From Octopus sinensis (taxonomy: Eukaryota), in the NCBI RefSeq assembly GCF_006345805.1, contig NC_043006.1, positions 18,600,001 to 18,664,000 on the forward strand: a stretch of DNA of 64,000 nt. The letters run 5' to 3'. Below the pieces are notes generated by a model, which saw only the letters and a list, made by a program, of their open reading frames with translations, searched no databases and was not told the DNA's origin. The position numbers and the translations under genes are program-made. This document shows, piece after piece, positions 11,870 through 25,697 of the stretch. Numbering within the stretch: position 1 is the first letter of the stretch; every line of letters begins with the position of its first letter.

Positions 11870-12660
11870 AAAACTGAGGCACAGTGTGATTATCAGGCGG
11901 CGGTAAAGAATGACAACGTAATGTAAGCGTTCACCACCTCTGCTCAACTATTCAGAGCTGGATTCCTCTCAATTCTTTTCTTGTTGAGATTGGCTCACTG
12001 CTCGTAACCTTGACGAAGTTCCTGTCAATATAGAGACCAGGTACAAACTAGCAAAACTGAAAATGAATTTACAGGATTGTCAACTTAGTGCACCCACATG
12101 GATTCATGACGCTCTGGACTTGCCTCTCTATTTGCTTAGTTACGAACCAACCGTGCTTTTCTGTTGATGCGAGTTTTGTTATACATTGTACTCCTTTAGT
12201 GTGGGGTCACGTACCACTATTGCTGCATTGTCCTGCGTCATCACGGTGATGTTGCCTGCGTATGTCAAAAGGGTCTTCCTGCATTCTAAGCATAAGTTAA
12301 ATGTTCCACGATATTTCTATCTTTTGCAGCATGGTCTCGTGCACTACAGCGTACAGGATAGATAAAAAAAGATCACTGTTAGCAGATCAAGCAGTTTACC
12401 CTTGCAACAATTTACGCTGACCATCGTGCAGATATTACTATAAGTTGAAGTGTTTCAGCTTCCTCAGCAAATGGGAACCGAAAGCCCTGCATTAAGGACA
12501 GACACTTCACTACTAATCGGTCTATATTCGTTCCAAGTAATCAGATGTTAACAGACGAAAATTTTATAATCCGCACCTTCTACGATGTATCGTGTAAGTT
12601 GTAGGTTGTCGTCAATATATTTGCGGTTCTGCACGATCCTGACCACTCTATTAAAATAGT
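11870..12660 (-). pseudogene. Decayed Tx1/L1-clade LINE reverse transcriptase
   Basis: KYIDDNLQLTRYIVE, YSNICTMVSVN, LYAVVHETMLQKIE, TYAGNITV (decayed YADD), TLKEY, AEVVNAYI, in collinear order with stops and frameshifts. Confidence 0.7.
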
Positions 12661-13225
12661 AATAACTTGCATATGGTACAGAAGTCTGAGGTTAGAGCTA
12701 AAAACAAATTGAACTGCATGAATGAGAAATTTGAGTGAAAGAGGTGTAAAATTAGTAACATTGTGATCTGTAGAGTTTTATTTCGGCCACACGACACCAA
12801 CATATTTAAATACAGCTAAGTTTCGTAAACAAACAATACAGAAAGAACCATATAAGTAAGAGAGGAATCAGATAAATTCACCTTTCGTTGATAGAAACAG
12901 CTCAGTAGTTGTCTACACAGTTTGGAACATACATACATACATACATCGTTGCTAATCTCTGTTCATCCAAACGTCTTAAATGCTGAATTTTATTTTTAGA
13001 ATAGATCTGTCATCTTTTTATTCATGAACACAAATACATATGTCGCCTTAGGCAAATAACGAAAGCGCATTGAATGGAAATATTATATGTTAAGATATAA
13101 TCAGAAGAAAGTTGCCAAAAAGGTTAAAAGTCTTTGCTTCATGTATATAGTGATATGTGTTGGGCGTAAGTGTATGTATATATATGTATGCATGTGTACA
13201 TATACATATATATATATTATATATA

Positions 13226-13278
<53 letters not shown>

Positions 13279-13689
13279 GTGTGTGTGTGTGTGCGTTTAG
13301 CTGAAATAAATTATAGTTTTATTTATTGATACTAGCTTCTTCGATATCATTACAAGCATTCACCTTCCTTGACATACGATACGATTCTATTAATAAATGC
13401 TAAGAAAATTATCGATCACTTATATTTCGTTCTGTATATTCTGAAGTTATTTGATTTGTAGAAATATATGTCAGTCAATCTCAGATTTGAAAGATATCGG
13501 CCGTACATTTTAATCATGAGAATTTTAAAAATATTACTAGTCAAATAATCGAAAACAAGGTCACCCTAAGTGATATCAAAAAGTAATATTATAACAATTA
13601 ATTTTGTCCAAACTCCACCAGTTCTGTAAAACTGTGTACTTGTATAGTATGTGTATGGGCAAAACATCTGTGACATAGTGAGAAGAAAA

Positions 13690-13949
13690 ATTCTTCTTCT
13701 TCTTCTTCTTCTTCTTCTTTTCTTCTTCTTCTTCTCTTCTTCTTCTTCTTCTTCTTCTTCTTCTTCTTCTTCTCCTCCTCCTTCTTTTTCTCCTCTTTCT
13801 CCTCCTTCTTCTTATTGTTGTTGTTATTATTATTATTATTATTATTATATTATTATTATTACTATTATTATTATTATTATTATTATTACTATTATTATTA
13901 TTATTACTATTATTATTATTATTATTATTATTACTATTATTATTATTAC

Positions 13950-14020
<71 letters not shown>
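13690..14020. repeat. (CTT)n then (TTA)n microsatellite
   Basis: Direct reading. Confidence 0.95.
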
Positions 14021-14022
<2 letters not shown>

Positions 14023-14575
14023 GACTGAGAGAGCAGTTCATGCCATCAAAGTGACACTGGGGTAAAATATACGAAGCCCAATATACCCATCATGACTACC
14101 CGTCTGATAAGGGTACACCAGGCACATGCATCACAACCATATGTGCGCGACATGGTGATCTCATATCAAGATAAACAGCACATGACCTTGCAGGTGGGGC
14201 CCAGTTAGAATTTTCTTCAGGTTGAGTAGCCCATCCCGCTCAAAAGGTCCCTGAATAAGGGTTGTTTAAGGATGTTAAAAGAACCACCCATGTTTCCAGA
14301 GGTGAATTATTCAAACCCCAAAGAATCCCTCTCAACACATGGCTATGATGCTCCCCACTACTTCTGCTCGTGATCAGAGATGCACATATCGTCAGCCACT
14401 AAGGGACATGCTCAACTGGTTAAAGTCAAACAACTGACAAGCAAATCTGTGGTATTGAGCAGAATATTTGCTGTAGCCCATCTTTTATACCAAGACAAAA
14501 CAATGTACATGATAACACTTCCAATCAGTTAAGATCAGAAGCCATGAGAGCCACTGCCTGGTACTGCATCAGGGC

Positions 14576-14578
<3 letters not shown>
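14021..14578 (-). mobile_element. Element E, full length (~555 bp, non-coding), between TTA arrays
   Basis: Collinear with 59627-60171 with the same two ends. (TTA)n on both flanks. Confidence 0.9.
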
Positions 14579-14608
<30 letters not shown>

Positions 14609-14636
14609 CATTATTATTGTTGTTGTTATTATTATT

Positions 14637-14669
<33 letters not shown>

Positions 14670-14689
14670 ATATACACTCAACAGATTAA

Positions 14690-15560
14690 ACTGTTGGAAA
14701 AGAAAAAAATCATAACATTGGACTACAACAATAACCTTAGATGCCAAGAACCCTCCTAAGTATCCTAGTTGCCCCTAATAACACTGTTATCTGGAGCTGT
14801 ACTAAACTGCGTTTTATGCATATTTCCTCTGTCCAACTGTTCAAATCTTTAGGGATAATTCCCAATGCACCTATGACTACTGGGATACATTTTACCCGCA
14901 TTTTCCATAGTTTCTGTAATTCAATGACTGGGTCCTGGTACTTAGCTATTTTTACTATACTTCTCAAATTAATGCTTTCCTCATTTGCCACTTGTCAATT
15001 ATCTGACACTTTCTCTTCCCTTTATCTACTACTACCAAATCAGACCATCTAGCTTCTATTACTCTGTTAGCCTGAATGTTAAAGTCACACAACATATGAT
15101 ATATCTTAATTTCTATTACTTTACTAGGTTCATTTCCATTCCTTGTATTCAAATCCTATCTTTTTACATAACTTCCTGTGGATTACTCAACTTAGGTTAT
15201 CATGTCTTTTCTTGTATTCTTTCAGTGCCAGCATGCTACATTCACTTCCATATGAGCAAAGCTTTCCTTTTTTGATTATCATAATCTACGTTGCGGATCT
15301 ACTTGGTTGTTGTTAATCTTGGCTCTATCCAATTAGTCTTTACTGCTTGATTTTATGCAGCTACTGACAAACTTTCTGTCCCCCTCTTCAGCTTTCCTTT
15401 CTGCAACCATTACCATGTCAGACTACTACTATGCGCTGCAAGTATATTTGGGAATCTATCATGCAACGCCTTCTCCTTCTAGTCAGACGATAATTTCTGT
15501 TCTTGATAGTTTATTCCATGTTTTTTTTCTGTTTCTATATAGAACATTATATGTGTAATA
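14690..15560 (-). pseudogene. Decayed R4/Dong-like RLE LINE 3' region with internal deletion
   Basis: ORFs 14964-15152 (DFNIQANRVIEARWSDLVVVDK) and 14737-14991 (KYQD..IELQKLW..IPVVIGALG..LLGATRILRRVL). Confidence 0.8.
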
Positions 15561-16329
15561 ATTTTGAATTTGGGTATACATCTGGAAATATGTCATTTAA
15601 AGTACACTCATTGTATTCAGTTACTTCATGTTATTGACAGTATGGATATAAGTGCCACTGGAGTTACTTTATGAATTCCTTCGTGTCCGTCGTGTATATA
15701 ACAAATAAGAGAAAGAGAAAATGGAATTTACGAAATTCTATATTAATTTCGGTCCATCCTACATCGGACCTCGGGTGTGAGATTCTGATTGTGATGCATC
15801 AGTCAGTACAGATGCCTCTCATCAGTTCTTTATAACAGGTTTCGTTATTATGTGTACGTATAGTATTATACACAATATTCTCCAAATATGAAATATTTAC
15901 ATTCAAACAATGTCTTTTTGTGAATTGCATATTTTCATAAATGGATCGTCTGCGACATCCCATTCATTTAGTAACCGATTGCGCTCAGCTAGAAATCCTT
16001 ATGTAAGAATGATCCGAGGAACATACTAGTGAGTATGTATAAACACTGTAGTAGGAGGATAAATATCATGTTTGATAAGCTTTGTCTTGGGCCTTTGTTT
16101 ATAGAGATAGCCAACAGGGACAGATGCCATCTTGAAGTCAAGGGAGGATTTTTATCAGATATTTGCAGGATGATATTGAGTATCAACAAACTACGCTTGA
16201 CATCGACAACAGTAATTGTATTTGATTTTATGAGAGTATTAGTTGTAGATTTCTTGAAAATGGCCGTAAGCAAGGATCATAGATGGAGAGAAAGCGTCTG
16301 TGAATCTGGAATATATGTGTTTTGGAAAG

Positions 16330-16720
16330 ACAGAAAAAAGGAAGAAAGGAAGAAGACGAGTGAAAGGGAGGGTGAAAAGAGAAGAACTGAATAAGGAGGG
16401 CAGGAACTAAGTAAAGAAAATAAAGAGAAGAAAAACGAAGAGAAAGGGATAAAGAGAAAGAGTGGAAGATAGAAGCAAGGAAGAAAGAAAATTAAAGACG
16501 AAAGCGAGGAAGGAAGGAAGAGTGAAATAAAGAAGTAATGAAGGAAGAGATAGAGAGAGAAAGAAAGAAAAGAGATATATGTATAGAGAAATGCTCGAAG
16601 AAAAAGAAATAGAAAACAATAAGATCTCGTGTAAGAAAGACAATTAGACAGAGATCAGACAGACATTCAGACAGACAGACATACAGACAGATGAATGGAC
16701 AGACAGACGAACAGACAGAC
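16330..16720. repeat. Purine-rich low-complexity tract and (GACA)n
   Basis: Direct reading. Confidence 0.8.
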
Positions 16721-16997
16721 GAATTGAAGGCATCTTTGTTTCAAAAAGTAAATGATTACGAAAATAAAAAGAATATATTTATTTGTAAGTTTCCTATGGA
16801 GAAATTTATGAATTCAGTGTTATACTATCGTTTACAATTCATATTGCTAAATATTTTATCGATGTCTTTTAGACATGAAAAGACTTAGGTAAAAGAGAAT
16901 GGGGAGAAGGTAGGAAGGATGACAAAGAGAGGGATAGGAGGATGGAGAGTTGGGGGGGGTGACAAAGAGAAAATAGTGTTTGGTATATTCATATATA

Positions 16998-17263
16998 CAG
17001 TTGCGGCCAAAATGTTCAGAACGCCATTGTTTTCGTCAGAAAAGTAAGTATAAGTTTTTATCGAAGTAGTTTTGCAGTAAATCACTAAATCATCCATGAC
17101 TTTTGTATTATCCTCTCAAATTACACCAAAATCTCAGGCAATAACAAATAATATCGTATTTATTATCTGTGAAAATTATAGAATATAAAACAACTTTGAT
17201 AAAAAATTATATCTACTTTTCTGACGAAAACAATGCCGTTCTGAACATTTTGGCCGCCAATCC
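16998..17263. mobile_element. Tc1-like MITE with ~70-bp TIRs
   Basis: cagttgcggccaaaatgttcagaacgccattgttttcgtcagaaaagta is mirrored at 17205-17260. TA on the left. Confidence 0.8.
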
Positions 17264-17269
17264 TATATA

Positions 17270-17750
17270 CGTGATTCAGCTGAAAATGAAAATTTCATAC
17301 ACTGACCAAGTTACTCTCATGGAATGTGGTTAAATGAGATTTATCTTTCAACATAGTTCTCTTTACCGGTCACATACATCGTTTATTGGTGTTGCAGTGC
17401 TTGGATCAATTGGTGAAAAAGATTTCATCCTGTTTGTCAAAAAAAAAAGTCATCAACAGAAGATATGGCGTCATCATCATTGCGCTACTGCTTCCCAGCC
17501 AAGTGATGAAGCAGCCGACACTCATCTTGGATTAGGAAACGTTCAAGCAAACCCGCTGGATGTGCCACAAGCAATGACAGATTAACCGGTGAGCGATCAG
17601 CCTGGTGTTCTTTTGATTAGGTGTCGGAAGACGTGGCAACCACCTAGCAGAAACCTTCGTCACGTCAAGTCCATTGTGCAGAATATTCTCAATTCTCTCA
17701 CGGAATATGTTAATAGTATTGGCTAGTCAACTGCTTATCGTCCATTTACA
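17270..17750 (-). mobile_element. Internally deleted mariner remnant
   Basis: Translation RERIENILHNGLDVTKVSARWLPRL joined to a C-terminal DDDAISSVDDFF..IQALQH..ENYVE segment. Confidence 0.65.
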
Positions 17751-17854
17751 CGAAAATTATATAACCTATAAGATTAGACCATGCCGCAGTCTTACTACAA
17801 ACGTATAATTCTCCACATATTTTATCTACTAAAAGTAAACACACAAACACACAG

Positions 17855-18330
17855 CCACCACCACCACCACCACCACCACCACTACCACCACCACCACCAT
17901 CACTACCACCACCACCACCACCACCACCACCACCACCACACCACCACCACCACTACCACCCCACCACCACCACCACTACCACCATCACCACCACCACCAC
18001 CACCACCACTACCACCACCACACCACTACCACCACCACCACCACCACACTACCACCACCACCACCATCACCACCACCACCACTACCACCACCACCACCAT
18101 CACTACCACCACCACCACTACCACCACCACCACCACTATCACCACCACCACCACCACCACCACCACCCCCACCACCACCACCACCACCACCACCACCACT
18201 ACCACCACCACCACCACCACCACCACCACCGACACTACCACCACCAACACCATCACCACCACCACCACCACCACCACCACCACCACCACCACACACACAC
18301 CACACACACACACACACACACATACACATA
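17855..18330. repeat. (CAC)n array followed by (CA)n
   Basis: Direct reading. Confidence 0.95.
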
Positions 18331-18404
18331 CATTCATGCATACATGCATATATACAGATAAGTATGTGCGTATATACGTATTATGATTATTAATTATTTT
18401 CAAA

Positions 18405-18540
18405 TTTCGCCAAGGACGATTTTGCCTTTCATCCTTTCGGGGTCGATAAATTAAGTACCAGTTGCGTACTGGGTTTCAATCTAATCGACTAATCTCCTTC
18501 CACCAAAATTTCGGGCCTTGTGCCTAGAGTAGAAAAGACT
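18405..18540 (+). mobile_element. SINE-B, 5'-truncated, tail-1
   Basis: tttgcctttcatcctttcggggtcgataaattaagtaccag...ccttgtgcctagagtagaaaaga. Confidence 0.85.
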
Positions 18541-19088
18541 ATGGTTATTATTTATTTTAAAGCTACACGCTTTTCCTATTCCCGCTATCTGTGGTCTCCA
18601 TTTCGTGCGATAACTTCTCCCTAATTATGTATCTACCTGTCTTTTTTTCCTCCTTATCTTTTAATTGGATTTTTCCATCTACCCTCTCAGTTAGCCTTCT
18701 TACTTTTCTTCTTTTACGCACTGTTCGCTCTATATTTTCCTTTATATCTTTCTCTCTATTTATCATTCTATCTCAATCTACGCACACCCTGTTTGTTTAC
18801 TTTATTGTAAAAAGGCATCTTTTCCTTTTGAACGGCACTTTTCAACACAATTTCTAGTCAACTAAACACTTTTAAACTTCGTATACTGGTAGAATGTGTC
18901 TATAAAACATCATTTTTTTCTTGGCTTTATTGAGAAAATTCTATAGTTTGTAAGATATTTCGTTTGAAATTTCGAGCATTTCGGCAATTTTAACCTATCG
19001 CTGGAGTCCATTTAGGTAAACAACATTCCGTGCTGTATGAATATGTCCCTCCTTTAAGAAACAGATTGGGTTTATTTACATTTGCGAA

Positions 19089-19360
19089 GAAAAAAGATAT
19101 CCTTCCCTCACCCCTAACTCACCCTAAATCTCACCCTAAATCTAACATAGATTGAAAGGCAATAGATCGATACTAGGGCCATAATTATGGGTGACAATTT
19201 CACACGACACCGCTACGGAAAATGGGATTTTTTTCTCGCGGTGTCAAATGAAAATGTCACCCATAATTATGGCCCTAGTATCGATCTATTACATTTCAAT
19301 CTATTTTAGATTTAGGGTTAGGGTTAGGGTTAGGGGTTGGGGAAGGGTATCTTTTTTTTC
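19089..19360. mobile_element. Palindromic/foldback element with telomere-like TTAGGG units in the arms
   Basis: ~125-bp inverted arms including a perfect 36-bp IR (19161-19196 and 19255-19290). (TTAGGG)4 at 19312-19335. Confidence 0.85.
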
Positions 19361-19480
19361 TTTCAAAAAATATTCAAAATAGAAGCCTTTCTGTTATCAA
19401 TTATTAAAGATCATTATATACTCTACATTTTGTACTGGGTTTTCTAGTTTATTGCTTCTGGTTAATGAATAGAATTTTAA

Positions 19481-19511
<31 letters not shown>

Positions 19512-19940
19512 CATACATACATACATACATACATACATACATACGTACATACATACTTTTCGTTCATTCATACGTGTGTGGGCGTGTGGTTTTGTGTTTT
19601 TGGTGTTGCACTCATAGTTCCATGATTATGATTTCGATTCCCAGACCAGCAGTGTGTTGTGTTTTGGAAAAAAATACTTCATTTCACATGGCTCCAATCC
19701 ACTCACTAGTAAATAAGTAACCCTCCGATGGACTGGCGTTCCCTTGAAGAGAAATGTTGGCCTGCCTACCTGCCTGCCTAGCCAGCGGGTTGTGTGAATC
19801 GAAAGCTACACCAATGCGAGGAAGTGCATTTTTTATAGCGGTCTACAACACCATCCTATAGATTTGCCGATACATACGTACATACACACGCGCACACAAA
19901 CACACAGAGAGATAGATAGATATGTAGAGAGAGAGAGTAA

Positions 19941-20265
19941 AAAAGACTCCGCCGGTTACGACGACGAGGGTCCCAGCTGATACGATCAACGGAACAGCTT
20001 GCTCGTGAAATTAACGTGCAAATGGCTGAGCATTCCACAGACACGTGTACCCTTACCGTAGTTCTCGGGGATAATCAGCGTGACACAGAGAGTGACAAGG
20101 CTGACCCTTTGAAATACAAGTACAACTCATTTTTGCCAGCTGAGTGGACTGGAGCAACGTGAAATAAAGTATCTTGCTCAAGGACACAACGCGTCGCCGA
20201 GAATCGAACTCACAACCTTACGATCATGAGCCGAATGCCCTAACCACTAAGCCACGCGCCCTCAC
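19941..20265 (-). mobile_element. SINE-D, full length
   Basis: Near-identical in reverse to 47861-48198. Flanked by (AG)n. Confidence 0.92.
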
Positions 20266-20449
20266 AGAGAGAGAGATAGATCCGAAAGAATAACAGGCAC
20301 TTTCTGTCTACCAAATTCCACTTACAAGTTGTTGGTCAACTGGCCATTATGATAGAAGACAATATGTCCAAGGTGACTCGCAGTGGTATCTAAACCGAGC
20401 CCGTAGCAGCACAGATGTTGAGCTAATTTGCTAAGCACGCATCATTATC

Positions 20450-20575
20450 CTTTTCTACTCTAGGCACAAGGCCCAAAGTTTTTGGGGAAGGAGCCAGTCG
20501 ATTAACCTACCCCAGTACGCAACTGGTACTAAATTTATCGACCCCGGAAGGATGAAAGGCAAAGTCGACCTCGGT
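20450..20575 (-). mobile_element. SINE-B, 5'-truncated, with 15-bp TSD
   Basis: TSD GCACGCATCATTATC at 20435-20449 and 20576-20590. Confidence 0.92.
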
Positions 20576-20632
20576 GCACGCATCATTATCGGCACCCCAA
20601 CACTTATTTCTTTTCTTTTTAAGATAGTTATA

Positions 20633-20773
20633 TAAGGTTGTCCCAAAAGTTCGTAGAAAGTCTTGGAAAATAATGGTCTTTATTTTGAGGAATAATTTTT
20701 GTTGTTTTTGTTAGTACTTGGCGAGTAAAAATTCCATTTTCGCAAGTGTGTACGAACTTTTGGGACAACCTAA
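20633..20773. mobile_element. Mariner-type MITE (~140 bp)
   Basis: Perfect 21-bp IR AGGTTGTCCCAAAAGTTCGTA (20635-20655 and 20751-20771), with TA just outside both ends. Confidence 0.85.
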
Positions 20774-21364
20774 TAGTTTGGAAGATAGGAACAAATTATT
20801 TATTTCTCTTTCCTTGACATCAACTTGAGGATGTGATTCAGTGTTTTTGCTTTACAATGAGATATAAAATTTTCTTTCCTTAACTTATTTCAAGTTCTCT
20901 TGGTAATTATCGGATGCAATTATTGTCTAAATTTTTTAAATTAGGTAAAATATATATCCAGTCTTACAAATCAAATAGACGTTTTCTGTGTGTTTTTGAT
21001 AAGAATGACATTATCAATTTATTGTTATATGTCATCGCATCTGGGGATTTAAGAGCCAAAGACGATTCTAAATGCTCAAATTCAGACGACGCAAATGACT
21101 AGGTTTTTTTAACTGTATTAACAGAATATGGTTTTCTTATTTTGCATTATATTCTTATCTCATGGTGATCAGGTTTTAATTCCTTCCTTCTTCGACTGGT
21201 AAAATAATTAGCTGCATGACTGCGGTGTAATTCTAATAATTATACTCTACACATAAAAATGTAAGATCAGGTATTGATAGAAACAAGTAAACGAAAAAAA
21301 GAGAAAATAAAATACGCTACTATATATATCGTTATATGTATTCGAGATTTACTTCCAGACCAGA

Positions 21365-21884
<520 letters not shown>

Positions 21885-22727
21885 CATAGTCTAATCAATG
21901 AGTATCCGGACTGTTGCCATAGTAACGAAGCTAAAGCACGCAGTGTAAAGCTGTTTGGCACAGATTGACCTTCAACCATTCTGCGCACACTCACTAAGTT
22001 TTAACGTTCTGGCTTACTTCCGCTGTTTCCAGTAGTGCTTGGAATGAGGGTATGTAGCATCAAATTTTACCAAAAGTTTGGCAATCCTTGCACAGAGGCC
22101 ATCGCAAACTTTTCAATAAGTTTTCATCGTTCTCGACAGAATCAAGGAGACATTATGAAATTGAAACCCGAGTGTCATTTTGGTCAGCTGAAAGCAGTTT
22201 TGGCTCAAACTTAGCAGACATGCGTCTCATATGAAAATCTTCACAGATAATGGACTGAACCGTAACTAATCTGTGCATATTCTAATAACTCACAGATGGG
22301 GATTTGAAGATTTCCCCTCACAGCTGCACGCACATCAGTGATGTTTTTCTCAGTTCTGTTAGTTGCAATTTTCCCAGAACGTTCGACCCTATCGACATTT
22401 TTTCGGCCTTCATGGAAACGTCTGAATCACTCGTACACTTGTGTGCAGCTCATACACTCCTCTCCATACACTTTCTGCAAATTTTGCGTAGGCTTCTCAG
22501 CAGATATCGGCGTGGCAGCTTTCTCTACAATGATCAATGCGGCGATCACATGCTACACACCTTCATTCCAAACACTGTTGTAAGCAGCAGAAGCGAGCTA
22601 GAATGTTAAAACTTAGTGCACATGCACAGCAGAATTCAAACTCAATGTTTGTCAAGCGGTTTTACTCTGCGTGCTTTAGCTTTATTACTATTGCAATAGT
22701 TCAGATATTTATTGGTCAGACCTCGTG
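21885..22727 (-). mobile_element. Mariner derivative with ~180-bp long inverted termini and a 5' transposase fragment
   Basis: 21885-22060 mirrors 22555-22727 (gctaaagcacgcag; cactaagttttaac; ggaatga.ggt.tgtagcat). Minus-strand translation LQKVYGEECMSCTQVYE.FRRFHEGR...MRRMSAKFEPKLLS. TA flanks. Confidence 0.8.
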
Positions 22728-23100
22728 TATATATATATATATATATAGTCTCATAAAATTAAAAAGTCAATAAAAGAAAATGGAGAAGAAAAATTAAAAA
22801 AGAAACTTGGTTTGTTATATTTCTATTAATATTTGAAAAGCAATGCAAATTTAAAGCTGAAAAAATATAATTATAAGAACATAAAAGTAACCGCCTCAAC
22901 CAGCTACACAACCAGAAAATATTTAAAAGATATAAAACTATAAAATATTTTTTAAATATTTAAAAATATAAAAAAAGATAAAAAGATTAAAAAAAAAACA
23001 AACAACGAAGCACCAAAAAGACCAGCACGCATATAAAAGTAGGGCTGCAACAAAATACACATAGACTTGGGGTCCACTCTGTCAACCACACTTATATTCT

Positions 23101-23241
23101 ACTAGCAGTATAACCCGGCTTTGCCCGGGATTAAGTTACAATTATTAAGCTAATCAAGTCTTTATTTCAAACCAAACTAAGTAATATAAACGTCAAATTT
23201 GGGCGAAATCCGTTGAAATTAGTTATATTATATATATATAT

Positions 23242-23285
<44 letters not shown>

Positions 23286-23954
23286 ATATATATGGGCAAC
23301 AGACACGGACACACACGTGCGTACGAACACATATTGCATGTTTTGTGCTCGCATACATGTTCATAAACAGAATTGAATGGAAAAAATATTAAATTTGTAG
23401 ATTGACACCTGCACGATTTTCACTAAAGTATATATACCATGATTATAAAATATAGTGTCTTTCAAAAACAAAAAACAAAACATTTTACATTTTATTTTTA
23501 TGAACGTCATAACTTACTCTCTCTCTCTCCCTCTCTCGCTTTGTCTTTCCCGTAAAACTCTCTGCCTCCTTCTTCCACTTTTCTTTATCTTATTTTTTTT
23601 TGTTAGACGCTCTCAAGTACGTTGTCATTTAATCCCTGTCTCTCCCTCTCTCACTTTGTCTTTCCCTTGAAACTCTCTGCCTCCTTCTTCCACTTTTCTT
23701 TATCTTATTTTTGTTGTTAGACGCTGGCAAAAAAGCCAAGGCTGACATTTTTCGTGGCTAAAAGCTATGTCTGAAAATAGATATTTACGCTACCCACGGG
23801 TGCCTCGAGGAAAAAAATAAGTTGTCAAAACCCAGATAGAGTGTTGAAAAATGTCCTCCTAAAATTTGAGCGACATGCGTGCTAATTTGTGGACGTGCAT
23901 AAATTATAATCACCTACACACACACACACACATCCTCCCTTTTATAGATATGAT
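23101..23954 (+). mobile_element. Non-autonomous Helentron/HINE (DINE-1-like) element
   Basis: 5' ACTAG...ACCCGGCTTTGCCCGGG, internal microsatellite, 3' (CA)n then cccttttatagatatgat, flanked by T. Family call from remembered architecture. Confidence 0.6.
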
Positions 23955-24686
23955 TTAACAATGAGATAGATATTACAGACTAGCAGTAAGGACCAAAGCA
24001 AATCTGGGTACAATCACAACAAGTGATCGATAGGTTAAGCTTATACCTATAATTATACTTTTATTATATCACATTATATACATTTATTTACATTTTGGTG
24101 TTAAGTATGGATTATATAATGATTTTTATAATAAATAAGGGTATCACAAAAGGCCTGGCTGGAGGTCCAACCTTCTGAGTTCTTTTGCAGGGCTTGTTTA
24201 ACTTCATCTGGATATAAAGCTCATTTCATTAAATCAAAAATGTATGGTCCATGGTATTTAATATACTTTCACAATGGTTTTTCTTTCTTTTTCTTTTACA
24301 TAAATAGATGCCACTGGCTACCCTGAGTTATAGCTTTTCTCTCATTTTTCTTCAATGTGTGTGTGTGGCGGCAGAACACCCTGAACATGGTAGCGATGTA
24401 TAAAACAAATTAATGAAGCAATATGCATATATGTATGTACGTATGTAATAATGTATGTGTATATGTGTGATGTGTCTAAAACAAATTAATGAAGCAAATT
24501 ACATATATGTACGTATCTATTTATGTATGTGTATATGTGTGATTCTGTGTATGTGTGTTTATACATACAAACATACACATGCATGCTTTTTAATATATAT
24601 ACATATATGTATATTTATATGCATGTATACATATATACAAAAACGCATATATTTAATATCATTGTGGGTTTGATATTTGATATCAT

Positions 24687-24746
24687 TAGCAGCAGCAGCA
24701 GCAGCAGCTATACTGGTGGAGGTAATGGTGGTGGTTGTAGTAGTAG

Positions 24747-24796
<50 letters not shown>

Positions 24797-24805
24797 TATT
24801 ATTAT

Positions 24806-24867
<62 letters not shown>

Positions 24868-24905
24868 AAATCTGTTCTAATGTGGTGGCGGTGGTGGTGG
24901 TGATC
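24687..24905. repeat. (AGC)/(TTA)/(TAG)/(GGT) compound microsatellite
   Basis: Direct reading. Confidence 0.9.
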
Positions 24906-25282
24906 GTCGTTGTCATTGTGGTTTATTTACGGTGGATAGATATATAGCATAAACGACAGTAGCATAAAATATGGTTATTTCAACATGCCATTATATCATC
25001 ATAATTGTTATCAGAATCTTAGTATTTTCAAGAAGAGTTACGCAGTATAAAAATTGGAGTGCGATTTTATATATATATTTTTTTAAAAATAGATCTAGCG
25101 ATATATATTCAGTAACATTCCAAAAACGGAGTGCACAGAAAACTAATATGGCATATATTAACTGTCTGTTCCTGGTGATTCAGTCATGTGCTGTGTAAGT
25201 ATATATACCACAGTCCTGTTTATAATTATTAAATGGAGTGAACGTCTGAGCACAAATATAGCTGCTGGTATGAATACCGCAG

Positions 25283-25284
<2 letters not shown>

Positions 25285-25328
<44 letters not shown>

Positions 25329-25453
25329 ACACGAACCCACGCGAGCACACACGAACCCACGCGCGCACACACCTTCATACGTATATGTGTATATATATAT
25401 AAACACACAAACATACACACACATATATATATATATATATGTACATATATATA

Positions 25454-25502
<49 letters not shown>

Positions 25503-25661
25503 ACACATATAGTATATATATATGATATATGTGTATATATGTCTACATATATATATATATGTATATATATTTATGTACCTCTCTCTGCTGTCTCTCTCCC
25601 TCCCCCCTCTCTCTCTATATATATATATATGTACATATATATATGTACATATATATATATG

Positions 25662-25697
<36 letters not shown>

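Noticed and set aside
15735-15830. Minus-strand GGTCC-N10-GGACC-GAAA-TTAA-TA with a CTGATGA about 55 nt upstream
   Set aside because: The boxes are not in hammerhead register and no stem I can form.
16029-16394. 121-aa ORF, possibly an L1/Tx1 endonuclease remnant
   Set aside because: Motif similarity is too weak and the C-terminus is low-complexity.
17030-17235. CTGACGA matches
   Set aside because: Part of Tc1-like MITE TIRs with no GAAA or stems.
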